DNA of 64,000 nt from the NCBI GenBank assembly GCA_963664325.2, contig CAXXDQ010000008.1, positions 288,391 through 352,390 of the forward strand. The letters are read 5' to 3'. The DNA comes from Desulfomonilia bacterium (lineage in GTDB: Bacteria > Desulfobacterota > Desulfomonilia > UBA1062). The notes under the pieces are model-generated. The model was not told the origin of the DNA, ran no database searches, and worked only from the letters and a program-made list of their open reading frames with translations. Position numbers and translations under genes: made by a program. This document shows positions 19,640 to 27,978 of the stretch, piece after piece. The number at the start of each line of letters is the position of its first letter. Position 1 is the first letter of the stretch.

Positions 19640-20856
19640 TTAGCTGTCAGGTCATATGCCCAGGCTGGGGAGTCGTCTATCGTCCCATCCATGATCCTTG
19701 TCATTGCATCAATCCAATGCTGGTTGTGCTGCATTGTCGACACGCGGTTGCGGAACATGGCAGCCCCTTTATTAGGCTCATCCTCCAGTTTCTTCATAAT
19801 CATATTGATCTCTTTTTGAAAACCGGTGACTCCGTAATAACGCAAAAATCCGTACCAGGCATCCATGACTGAATGTTCATCTGCAAGCGGCTGGGATATT
19901 ATTTTCAGATCATTAAAAAATCGGTCACATTTATCTTCTTTAAGCAGGCTGATGCCCTCGGCGCCTATCTCATAAGGGATAATTCTTAAATTGGAAATAC
20001 AGCCTTTCGCAAGCCCGGCTTTAACAAGATAACCCGTTTTGCGATAGAGGAGGTCGGTTTCCTGATAAAATACAAAATTACCCAGGCTGTAGCAGATCGG
20101 CGTATTGTTGTGTATTTGAATGCCTTGCGGAACGTGGGGATGGTGGCCTATGATCAGATCCGCGCCAGCCTCGGCGATGAGCTTGAATGCATTTGTCACA
20201 TAGGGGGGAGGAAAGGCTATATACTCAACACCGCAGTGGCAGATAACGATAATAATGTCGGCAGCTTTTCGAAGTTCCTCAACCAGACATGCAACCCTTT
20301 CAACTTCCCATCCGAATACGCCAGGCCCGTGAACAGCCGCTGTCAGGTCTTCTCCTTCGCTGAAGTTGACTATTCCGATTTTAATTCCCTTGAGGTCAAT
20401 AATCAGCGGGGATCGGGCTTCTTCGGCAGAATTTCCAGCGCCAAGGAAACGAATGGAATTTTCTTCCAAAAGTTTTTTAGTCTGATTGAACGCTTCAATA
20501 CCATAATCAAATACGTGATTGTTTCCAAGGGTCACGACATCAAAAGGAACCGATGTGAGTCCCCTGATATGTTCAGGACGGCCTTTGAAAACTGCGCCGC
20601 TCTTCCATACCGGGGTATCTCCAAATAGCGTACATTCCAGATTGGTGATGCGGAGATCGCTGTTCCGTAAAGAAGGCAGTACATCTCCATAGATGACTTC
20701 GGGTGTCTGCTCTATTATCCGATCGAATTCACGAATTGGTGCCCAGTCGCCGGAAATTATGATTTCGACCTCGGTCCCGGATGATTTCTCATTTATCCAG
20801 TATCCGTTATCCCAATCAAAACCATCAGGTGTCTGGTGGTTGCTATTAATGTCCAT
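19618..20856 (-). CDS. CapA/PGA_cap-family metallophosphoesterase-fold protein
   Basis: SGD, NLE, LGNNHVFDYG, HCGVEY, IIGHHPHVPQ, YSLGNFVF. Confidence 0.9.
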   Translation of the reverse strand: MDINSNHQTPDGFDWDNGYWINEKSSGTEVEIIISGDWAPIREFDRIIEQTPEVIYGDVLPSLRNSDLRITNLECTLFGDTPVWKSGAVFKGRPEHIRGLTSVPFDVVTLGNNHVFDYGIEAFNQTKKLLEENSIRFLGAGNSAEEARSPLIIDLKGIKIGIVNFSEGEDLTAAVHGPGVFGWEVERVACLVEELRKAADIIIVICHCGVEYIAFPPPYVTNAFKLIAEAGADLIIGHHPHVPQGIQIHNNTPICYSLGNFVFYQETDLLYRKTGYLVKAGLAKGCISNLRIIPYEIGAEGISLLKEDKCDRFFNDLKIISQPLADEHSVMDAWYGFLRYYGVTGFQKEINMIMKKLEDEPNKGAAMFRNRVSTMQHNQHWIDAMTRIMDGTIDDSPAWAYDLTAKWLTEKR

Positions 20857-20870
20857 AAGTGTATCTGCCT

Positions 20871-22043
20871 TTATACATAAACTCTCGGTACACGTGATGA
20901 AAAAGATGATACAATCTCATAATTAATTGTTCCTATCGAGCGGGCAATCTCATCAGCGGTGATCTCATTGTCACCCTGCTTTCCTATCAAGACGACCTCA
21001 TCTTCAACATCAATGTTTTCAAGATTTCCAACATCTATCATGGTAAGATCCATACAGATCCTTCCCACGACAGGGGCTTTCTGCCCCCTTACCAGCACAA
21101 AGCTGTTGGAAGAGAACAGCCTTTTGTAGCCATCCGCGTAGCCTATAGGTATTGTGGCAATTTTAGTAGGTCTGGGACTTTCCCAAGTGCATCCATAGCT
21201 GACTTTAAAACCCGCAGGCACATCTTTGAGATGAATGACGGTGGATTTAATTGTCATGACGGGTTTGAGGTTAATCAAGTCTCTATTTGTTTCTTCCGAA
21301 GGCCAAAGTCCATACAGGGCAATTCCCGGTCTTACCATATCCAGATGAGTTTCAGGCATTTCTATTGTGGCTGCGCTATTGGCTGCATGGCGTAATTCAA
21401 CTTCGAAAGAATTTTTCTTCAGTTGATCAAGGATATCCAAAAATATGTTGAACTGTGAGAGTGCATGGGTTTTATCACGGCTGTCTGCGCGTGCGAAATG
21501 TGTGTATATCCCTTCAATTTGGAGTCCCGGCATTCCGGCGATATTCAGAATGTCCTTTACCGTCGTGTTCAGGTCACCCTTTGAGAAGGGCATCAATCTC
21601 GGAACGTTTGACATGACGCCAAGCCTTCCCATCCCGGTGTCGATTTTGATATGCGCCTTTATGCGTTTATGCTGCCTGAAGGCCTCTCCTGAAAGTGCTT
21701 TGGCGGATTCAAATGAGTTAATTGAAGCCCTGATGTCATTTGCTGCCAGATAATCTATGTAACCTGGAGGGCTGTATCCAAAAAGCAGTATTGGCGCGGT
21801 TATGCCCGCCTGCCTGAGCTGTGCTGCCTCGGATATCCTTGCAACTGCAAGATAATCAGCGCCGTTGGCCAATGCTGTCCGGGAGACCTGTACCGCACCA
21901 TGACCATAACCGTCAGCCTTTACAACCGCCATTATCCTGGAGTTTTTTGAGGTAACACGTCTCAGTTCATGCAGGTTATTGGTAAGGGCTTTGAGATTGA
22001 TTTCGGCCCTTGTAAGAAGTGGTATTTCGTCGCCGATGTTCAT
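20871..22043 (-). CDS. alr: Alanine racemase
   Basis: AVVKADGYGHG, HIKIDTGMGRLG, YTHFA, ANSAA, VRPGIALYG, VSYG, IGYADG, GRICMD, TINYE. Confidence 0.96.
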   Translation of the reverse strand: MNIGDEIPLLTRAEINLKALTNNLHELRRVTSKNSRIMAVVKADGYGHGAVQVSRTALANGADYLAVARISEAAQLRQAGITAPILLFGYSPPGYIDYLAANDIRASINSFESAKALSGEAFRQHKRIKAHIKIDTGMGRLGVMSNVPRLMPFSKGDLNTTVKDILNIAGMPGLQIEGIYTHFARADSRDKTHALSQFNIFLDILDQLKKNSFEVELRHAANSAATIEMPETHLDMVRPGIALYGLWPSEETNRDLINLKPVMTIKSTVIHLKDVPAGFKVSYGCTWESPRPTKIATIPIGYADGYKRLFSSNSFVLVRGQKAPVVGRICMDLTMIDVGNLENIDVEDEVVLIGKQGDNEITADEIARSIGTINYEIVSSFSSRVPRVYV

Positions 22044-22049
22044 TTCTGT

Positions 22050-22895
22050 TTATAGTTTTCCCTCACCATATTCCGTCGTGTATTCTTTGAACAAACGCAT
22101 GACTTCGAGTGTGTTTTTCCCGACCATGCCGCCGCCTATCTTCAAATCATTTACCTTCACAACCGGGACTATTTCTTTGTTCGATGCGGTAATGAAAACC
22201 TCTTCCATGCTTTCAAGTTCCGATTTATCGATATCCCGGATTTCCACTTTGAAAGGCTCCTTGACAAGCTTTAAGACCACACTTCTTGTGATTCCCGGTA
22301 ATATATCCTGATTCGATGTTATAAGTTTGCCGTTCTTGAAGAAGAAAAAGTTTGTTGTCGTACCTTCAAGAATGCGGTTTTGCCTGTCAACATAAATGGC
22401 TTCAACACCGCCCTCTTTTTTGGCCTGCTGCTGTGCGAAAACCGCAGAGAGGTAATTCGTGCTCTTGGCTCCGGGGATAAATCTTTCCATGTCGACGGTT
22501 ATGACTTTAACGCCATCGGTGTACCATGAGGGAGGGAGCATATGCTTGTCAGTTACCATGACCATCAGTATTCCTTTGCCTTCAGGTGAGACTCCGTCGG
22601 AACTTACGCCGCCGGTATACACTATGCGGATATTGGATTCCTTATGGTGAGGGTTCTTCTTAATGGTTTCTTCTACGATTTCACAAATCTGAGCGTTTGT
22701 GTGTTTTAGTTCAAGACCGATATATTTGGCTGAGTTCTCAAGGCGCCCGACATGCTCTTTAAGATAGAATGGACGTCTGTTGTAGGTAATAAGGAAGTCG
22801 AATACCCCGAATCCCCTTAATACGACTATGTCTTTTGCGCATAAAACCGCCTTGTCGTCATCCACGAATTGTCCGTCAATGTAGTAAGTGTCCAT
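22050..22895 (-). CDS. PLP fold-type IV aminotransferase, probably a D-amino acid aminotransferase
   Basis: RGFGVFDFL, EHVGRL, AKSTNY, ILEGTTTN, ILPGITR, FITASNKEIVP; first gene of the alr/racemase operon. Confidence 0.88.
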   Translation of the reverse strand: MDTYYIDGQFVDDDKAVLCAKDIVVLRGFGVFDFLITYNRRPFYLKEHVGRLENSAKYIGLELKHTNAQICEIVEETIKKNPHHKESNIRIVYTGGVSSDGVSPEGKGILMVMVTDKHMLPPSWYTDGVKVITVDMERFIPGAKSTNYLSAVFAQQQAKKEGGVEAIYVDRQNRILEGTTTNFFFFKNGKLITSNQDILPGITRSVVLKLVKEPFKVEIRDIDKSELESMEEVFITASNKEIVPVVKVNDLKIGGGMVGKNTLEVMRLFKEYTTEYGEGKL

Positions 22896-23150
22896 ATATT
22901 TCTCATCCTCTCAATTATTAGTCTGTATAACGGCATAATTTGAACTGCTTTTTGTGTCAATTAAATAATGACTAAAAAAGAATATTGAATGAGGTGTAAA
23001 TGTATTAAAGCTAAATTTCAGGTTCAAATAGTATTGTATAAAGTAATTTAAATATAATCACTGGCTATGATCTGCTTGAAAAGAATTCCAAATATCTAAT
23101 AGAAATTACAAGTATTAAAATAAGCAGACGATTGTTTCTGATAGTCGGAA

Positions 23151-23187
23151 ACAGGAAAAAGCGGGAAAATCTTCCGCTTTTTCCTGT
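23151..23187. terminator. Intrinsic terminator downstream of flxA
   Basis: ACAGGAAAAAGCGG...CCGCTTTTTCCTGT perfect inverted repeat. Confidence 0.75.
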
Positions 23188-23204
23188 AAGGAAAAGATTT
23201 GATC

Positions 23205-24044
23205 CTAATATTCTTTTGTAAGTTTATCGAGCTCTGCCAGAGAGAACACCGGCCCGTCCTTGCAGACATATTTATGTCCGACATTGCAGCGGCCGCATTT
23301 GCCTATTCCGCACTTCATCCTCATTTCAAGAGATGTGAGGATGTTCTCTTTGGAAAAGTTCAGATCAAAGAAAACCGGCAGTGTAAACCTGATCATGATC
23401 GGAGGTCCGCAGATAACTGTGACAGCGTTTTCATTGCTTGGTGCAACATCCTTGCAGACCGTAGGGACAAATCCCTCCCGGCCTTTCCAGCCTGAATCAG
23501 CCTTGTCCACCGTAACATGCAGGTCAATATCAGCTCTTTTACCCCATGCTTCGAGCTCATCTTTATAAAGAAGAAGACCCGGATTTCTTGCTCCATATAT
23601 GCAGGTTATATTTCCGAAGTCTTTGCGGTTTTTCTCGTCGAGCATATAAATGATGAGAGAACGCAGCGTCGTAAAGGCAAAACCTCCGCCGACGACAACG
23701 ATATTTTTCCCCTTTAGAAATTCAAGAGGCCATGAATTGCCCAGAGGCCCCCTGATTCCCATTACAGCGCCTTCTTCCATTTCGTGCAGTGCGGAAGTAA
23801 CAACTCCCGCCTTCTGTACCGTGAATTCGACATAGCCCTTTTGCGTCGGTGAACTTGCGATACCAATCGGGGACTCGCCCTTACCGTAAATGGAAAGTTC
23901 ACCGAACTGGCCCGGAATATATGCAAACTTCTGCTCGTCTTCCGGATTGACAAATACAAATCTGAAAGATTTGATATCCTTTGTGTCAACTTCGGTAATT
24001 ATTTTATCAACCCTCACCGGGAAGGGAACATAAGGATTATTCAT
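23205..24044 (-). CDS. flxA: Flavin oxidoreductase FlxA (FAD/NAD-binding, [2Fe-2S]; AsrB/hydrogenase gamma-like)
   Basis: PGQF, GIRGPLGN, VGGGFAFTTLR, YGAR, ICGPPIM, RMKCGIGKCGRC...VCKDGPVF. Confidence 0.88.
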   Translation of the reverse strand: MNNPYVPFPVRVDKIITEVDTKDIKSFRFVFVNPEDEQKFAYIPGQFGELSIYGKGESPIGIASSPTQKGYVEFTVQKAGVVTSALHEMEEGAVMGIRGPLGNSWPLEFLKGKNIVVVGGGFAFTTLRSLIIYMLDEKNRKDFGNITCIYGARNPGLLLYKDELEAWGKRADIDLHVTVDKADSGWKGREGFVPTVCKDVAPSNENAVTVICGPPIMIRFTLPVFFDLNFSKENILTSLEMRMKCGIGKCGRCNVGHKYVCKDGPVFSLAELDKLTKEY

Positions 24045-24047
24045 TGC

Positions 24048-25085
24048 TCACCCCTGACTCTGTTTTGAAATATCTTCGACAATTTTGCGTATATCAAGAT
24101 TGACAGGGCAGTACATTACACACCTGCCGCAGCCTACACATGCAATCGCATCGAAGTTGTCTACATAATAGCGGAATTTATGCATCACCCTCTGGCGCCA
24201 TCTTTCTTTCTGTGAAGGCCTGGGATTATGGCCCGATGTTTCCTTTGTGAACAGCCAGAACATGCAGGAATCCCAGTTCCTGACCCTTTTCCCGTCTCCA
24301 CCTTTCGTCTCGTCCTGTATATCGAAGCAGTGGCATGTAGGACACAAGTAGGTGCATGTGCCGCAGGCCAGGCATTTCTGATGGATTGTATTCCAGAACC
24401 CATGTTCGAAGTTGGCATCCAGCCAGGGTTTGATTTCTTTGGCCGGGATATTCGATTTGATTTGAGAGACAGCTGATGCTGCAATCTCCTCTTTCTTTTT
24501 TTCTGCTTTTTTATCGGCCTTTTTACCACCAAAATGTTCAGCAAGTTTCCCGCCTTTTTCGGTAAGGAATTCAACAAGACAGTTCTCGCCGAGATCGGTT
24601 ATCATTACGTCAACACCTTCTGTAGATGTCGGGCTGCCGCCAACCGATGTGCAGAAACAGCTGGTGTAAGGAACCTTTGAACAGGCTATTGCAACTACTG
24701 TAGTGTTGTTCCTTTTCTCGATATAATAGGGATCCTTGTATTTTTCCTGATCAAAGAGAAAATCCAGAAGCCAGAAACTTCTTGCATCGCAGGGTCTCAC
24801 GCCAAAGAGTACAGCAGGCACCGCATCAAGGGTTTCACCTGAAAATTCCACACCGGCCTTTGTCCTCGTGTATTTAAGCATGCATTCGCTTCTGGGGAAC
24901 ATGTAATTTTTTGGTGCATTCTTGGTATTGCCTGCTCCAAGTTTGACCTTATCGCTTTTCTTAAGAGGTGCGAAAAGAACATTGTCCTCATCTGCAACCG
25001 GTGCGATCACGGTCATGGTTTCGGCAAGCTTTTCAGCAATTGCAGCCAACTCGTCTTTTGCAATAAGTTTTTTTTCCATAGCCAT
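24048..25085 (-). CDS. flxB: FlxB, 4Fe-4S dicluster subunit (AsrA-like)
   Basis: GVRPCD, CFCTS, CLACGTCTYLCPTCHCF, WDSC, HKF, CVGCGRCVMYCP. Confidence 0.85.
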   Translation of the reverse strand: MAMEKKLIAKDELAAIAEKLAETMTVIAPVADEDNVLFAPLKKSDKVKLGAGNTKNAPKNYMFPRSECMLKYTRTKAGVEFSGETLDAVPAVLFGVRPCDARSFWLLDFLFDQEKYKDPYYIEKRNNTTVVAIACSKVPYTSCFCTSVGGSPTSTEGVDVMITDLGENCLVEFLTEKGGKLAEHFGGKKADKKAEKKKEEIAASAVSQIKSNIPAKEIKPWLDANFEHGFWNTIHQKCLACGTCTYLCPTCHCFDIQDETKGGDGKRVRNWDSCMFWLFTKETSGHNPRPSQKERWRQRVMHKFRYYVDNFDAIACVGCGRCVMYCPVNLDIRKIVEDISKQSQG

Positions 25086-25095
25086 CTCTCTTTCC

Positions 25096-25944
25096 TTAAA
25101 TGAGTCCGAGTCCCTTTAGGAGCGGCGTTCCGTCAACATTATGCAGCTTTGCCCAGGTCTCAGGCCCTTCAACTCCCATTGCCAGTGCGAGCAGTTCGGT
25201 GAAATAAAACACGGGCAGCTTGAGGTTTGCGCTTGCCCTCATGTCAAGGTTTGCCATGCATATCGGGCATGCAACTACAACGCAGTTTGCACCCGCCTCC
25301 CGGGCCATGCTCATGAGTTTGTCAACCATATTGTTAACGACCTTTGTCATGCTGATAGTAAGGCTTCCGCCGCAGCAGTCTGTCTTGTATGACCACTGCT
25401 TGACCTCTGCCCCCACTGTTTCCATAATCTTGTCCAGCAGGACAGGGTTTTCATAATTGTCGAAATTGCAGATCTCTTTAGGCCTCAAAAGCAGGCAGCC
25501 GTAATAAGATACCGGCCTCAAGCCCTTAAGCGGTTTTGTAACCTTTTTTGCAAGCTCTTCCAGTCCTATTTCGTTTATTATGATGTCAATCGGATTGCGG
25601 ATTGTAATGCTGCCCTCATACTTGCCGCCGATGATTTTTTCAATCTCTTCTTTAAGCTTGTCGTTTTCCTTCAGGTGATGCTGTGCGCTCCTGAGGCGGT
25701 TGAAGCATGCGGCGCACGGGACCATTACATCCATGCCCGTTTTTTCTGCAGCAACAAGATCACGTGCCGGCAGCGCAACAGAAAGCTTGTAGTTGGTGCT
25801 GTGCGCGGCGGTTGCTCCGCAGCATGACCAGTCCTTGATTTCATCAAGTTCAATGCCAAGGGCGGCGCTCACGGCCGTAACGGATTCCCCGTACTCCCTG
25901 GCCGTGCCATGCAGTGAACATCCTGGATAATATGAAAGTTTCAA
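25096..25944 (-). CDS. hdrB: Heterodisulfide reductase subunit B
   Basis: YYPGCSL, CCG, PCAAC, YYGCLLLRP, CCGG, ACPIC (two CCG domains). Confidence 0.93.
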   Translation of the reverse strand: MKLSYYPGCSLHGTAREYGESVTAVSAALGIELDEIKDWSCCGATAAHSTNYKLSVALPARDLVAAEKTGMDVMVPCAACFNRLRSAQHHLKENDKLKEEIEKIIGGKYEGSITIRNPIDIIINEIGLEELAKKVTKPLKGLRPVSYYGCLLLRPKEICNFDNYENPVLLDKIMETVGAEVKQWSYKTDCCGGSLTISMTKVVNNMVDKLMSMAREAGANCVVVACPICMANLDMRASANLKLPVFYFTELLALAMGVEGPETWAKLHNVDGTPLLKGLGLI

Positions 25945-25956
25945 GATGCGCCTCCT

Positions 25957-26490
25957 TTATTTTGTTTCCCTGAATATTTTCCTCACCGCAGTCATATCTT
26001 TTGTCCGCGGTGATATAGGGTGGATCTTACCTTTCATGAACATGCCCATACCCATTATAACGTCCGAGAAAAGATCGCCTGACCAGAGCTTGTACTCGGC
26101 CATCATCATGCCCTCATTTATACGGCCGTTTACCCAGATGTTGTGGAGGAAGGCCTTGTGCAGCTTGTAAATATTCTTTTCCTTGGGCGCATAACCCTGA
26201 TCGAGCGCCATCTCTCTCAAAACATCCATCATATGGGCAATGTCAACCTCATTGGGGCAGCGGGTTATACAGGTCTCGCAAGAGGCGCACATCCAGATGG
26301 TTGAGGAATTTAAAACTTCATCCTTCTGTCCGTTCTGTATCATCTTGATAACCCTGTTCGGGTTATACTCCATGATATTTGCCATCGGGCAGCCAGCCGT
26401 GCATTTGCGGCAGTGGTAACAGCGCTGCAGAGGCACACCGTGTATCTTTTCGTTAACTTCGGCTAGAAAGCTGTTCATATTTTCATCCAC
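25957..26490 (-). CDS. hdrC: Heterodisulfide reductase subunit C
   Basis: CYHCRKCTAGCP and IWMCASCETCITRCP. Confidence 0.92.
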   Translation of the reverse strand: MDENMNSFLAEVNEKIHGVPLQRCYHCRKCTAGCPMANIMEYNPNRVIKMIQNGQKDEVLNSSTIWMCASCETCITRCPNEVDIAHMMDVLREMALDQGYAPKEKNIYKLHKAFLHNIWVNGRINEGMMMAEYKLWSGDLFSDVIMGMGMFMKGKIHPISPRTKDMTAVRKIFRETK

Positions 26491-26493
26491 CTT

Positions 26494-27507
26494 TTATGGG
26501 TGATATACAAAATCTTCTTTGTCGTTCTCACGGTATGTGCTGAGTGGCGGCACATCCTCCATTTTTGCTCCTGCCCTCGTTTCGAAGAGTTCCAGTACGT
26601 CCTTGTCAATCTTTTTGAGGTACGCCCTCAGATCGACTCCCATCGGGCAGGCGTTTATGCAGCTCCCGCAGTCTACGCATCGGCCCACCATATGGAAGAT
26701 GCGAAGCATCTGGAAGAGCTGTGTGTCCGATGCATCCGACGAAAGGCCTGTAAACTGGGGCTGTGACTGTTCGACAAAACACATCTTGCAGTAGCAGCTT
26801 GGACAGGCCTGGCGGCAGGCATAGCAGCGTATGCATTTTGACATCTCTTTGACGAAATATGCGAACCTTTCGTCGGTGCTCAATTTTTCGATGGCTTCGA
26901 TCTTCTCATATTCCTTATCCGGCTGCATTGCAGGTGCGGGGTCTCCGGCCATAACGTCCGAGATGAGAGGGTTGTTGAAGCGGCAGGTGATGCAGTTATC
27001 AGCCAGCACATCGCTTAATGCGATCTTCTTTTCTCCGGATGCCGTCTTTACTGCGACCTGGCCTGAAGCAACCGAGCCCTCGATGATTTCTTCGTTGTCA
27101 ATAATGATGGCTAGCTTTTTCCTGTCAATATAGCCGGTGCATGGAACACCGATAATGACTATCTCATCCCTGTCATACTGTTTTTCCTGAAGATGAAGGA
27201 TAATTGAGCGGCTGGTGCAGCCCTTTGCTATTATCCCGACTGCCTTCTTTTTTCTGTCTTCCGGATTTCTTATTTTTCGCTGAGCTTCCTTGTGAGCCGA
27301 GAGTATATCGGTTGCAAATTTAGCCAGATTCTGATAGCAGCCTTCATCCCATACAAGCTTGTCTGCATCTTCGGCTTTTGTAATAAAAACGGGTGATGAA
27401 ATCAGCGGCAGGGTCCCCTTCTCGTAGCCAATGACGACATCAACCTTTCCGTCTGCGAGGAGCTTTCTGGCTTCTTCCCTTATTTTTGCATTTATTTTTT
27501 CATCCAT
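26494..27507 (-). CDS. flxC: FlxC, Fe-S subunit (FdhB/FrhB-like N-terminus plus two [4Fe-4S])
   Basis: VDVVIGYEKG, AKGC, GVPC, NCITC, CIRCYACRQACPSCYC, GRCVDCGSCINACP. Confidence 0.85.
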   Translation of the reverse strand: MDEKINAKIREEARKLLADGKVDVVIGYEKGTLPLISSPVFITKAEDADKLVWDEGCYQNLAKFATDILSAHKEAQRKIRNPEDRKKKAVGIIAKGCTSRSIILHLQEKQYDRDEIVIIGVPCTGYIDRKKLAIIIDNEEIIEGSVASGQVAVKTASGEKKIALSDVLADNCITCRFNNPLISDVMAGDPAPAMQPDKEYEKIEAIEKLSTDERFAYFVKEMSKCIRCYACRQACPSCYCKMCFVEQSQPQFTGLSSDASDTQLFQMLRIFHMVGRCVDCGSCINACPMGVDLRAYLKKIDKDVLELFETRAGAKMEDVPPLSTYRENDKEDFVYHP

Positions 27508-27521
27508 ATCGGGGCTCCCAA

Positions 27522-27953
27522 TCAGTAGCTTTTTACGAGCTTGGAGGCAGGCCCAAGTTCCTTGACCTTGGCTGTTACGCCCTTTATAACCTGAGCGAAT
27601 CGCTCTCCTTCTGAGGCAGATACCCAGGTGAACATTGTCCTGTCCGGTTCAATTCCTATATAGCCAAGAAATCTCTTCAGAATGGCAAATTTGCGGCGTG
27701 CATGGTAATTGCCAGTGATATAGTGGCATTCGCCCGGGTGACATCCGGATACAAGAACACCGTCAGCCCCTTCCTGCAATGCGCGCATGATGTAGAACGG
27801 GTTGATCCTTCCGGTGCAGGGCACCCTGATAATTCTGACATTGGGCGGATACTGAATCCTGCTGATGCCTGCGAGGTCTGCTCCCGCATAGGTACACCAG
27901 TTGCAGACGATGGCAACTATTTTCGGTTCCCAGCCTTGTTTAACTTCAGCCAT
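27522..27953 (-). CDS. flxD: FlxD/MvhD [2Fe-2S] subunit
   Basis: VCNWCTYAGADLAG, RVPCTGRI, GADGVLVSGCHPGECHY, WVSASEG. Confidence 0.92.
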   Translation of the reverse strand: MAEVKQGWEPKIVAIVCNWCTYAGADLAGISRIQYPPNVRIIRVPCTGRINPFYIMRALQEGADGVLVSGCHPGECHYITGNYHARRKFAILKRFLGYIGIEPDRTMFTWVSASEGERFAQVIKGVTAKVKELGPASKLVKSY

Positions 27954-27978
27954 AAAAGTTCTCCAATCTATCCTTGTC

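Noticed and set aside
22117-22127. TTCCCGACCAT, identical to the tRNA-Pro 3' end plus one base (possible attR of an island starting at tRNA-Pro)
   Set aside because: Only 11 bp, inside the intact aminotransferase CDS, and no integrase is present in the window.
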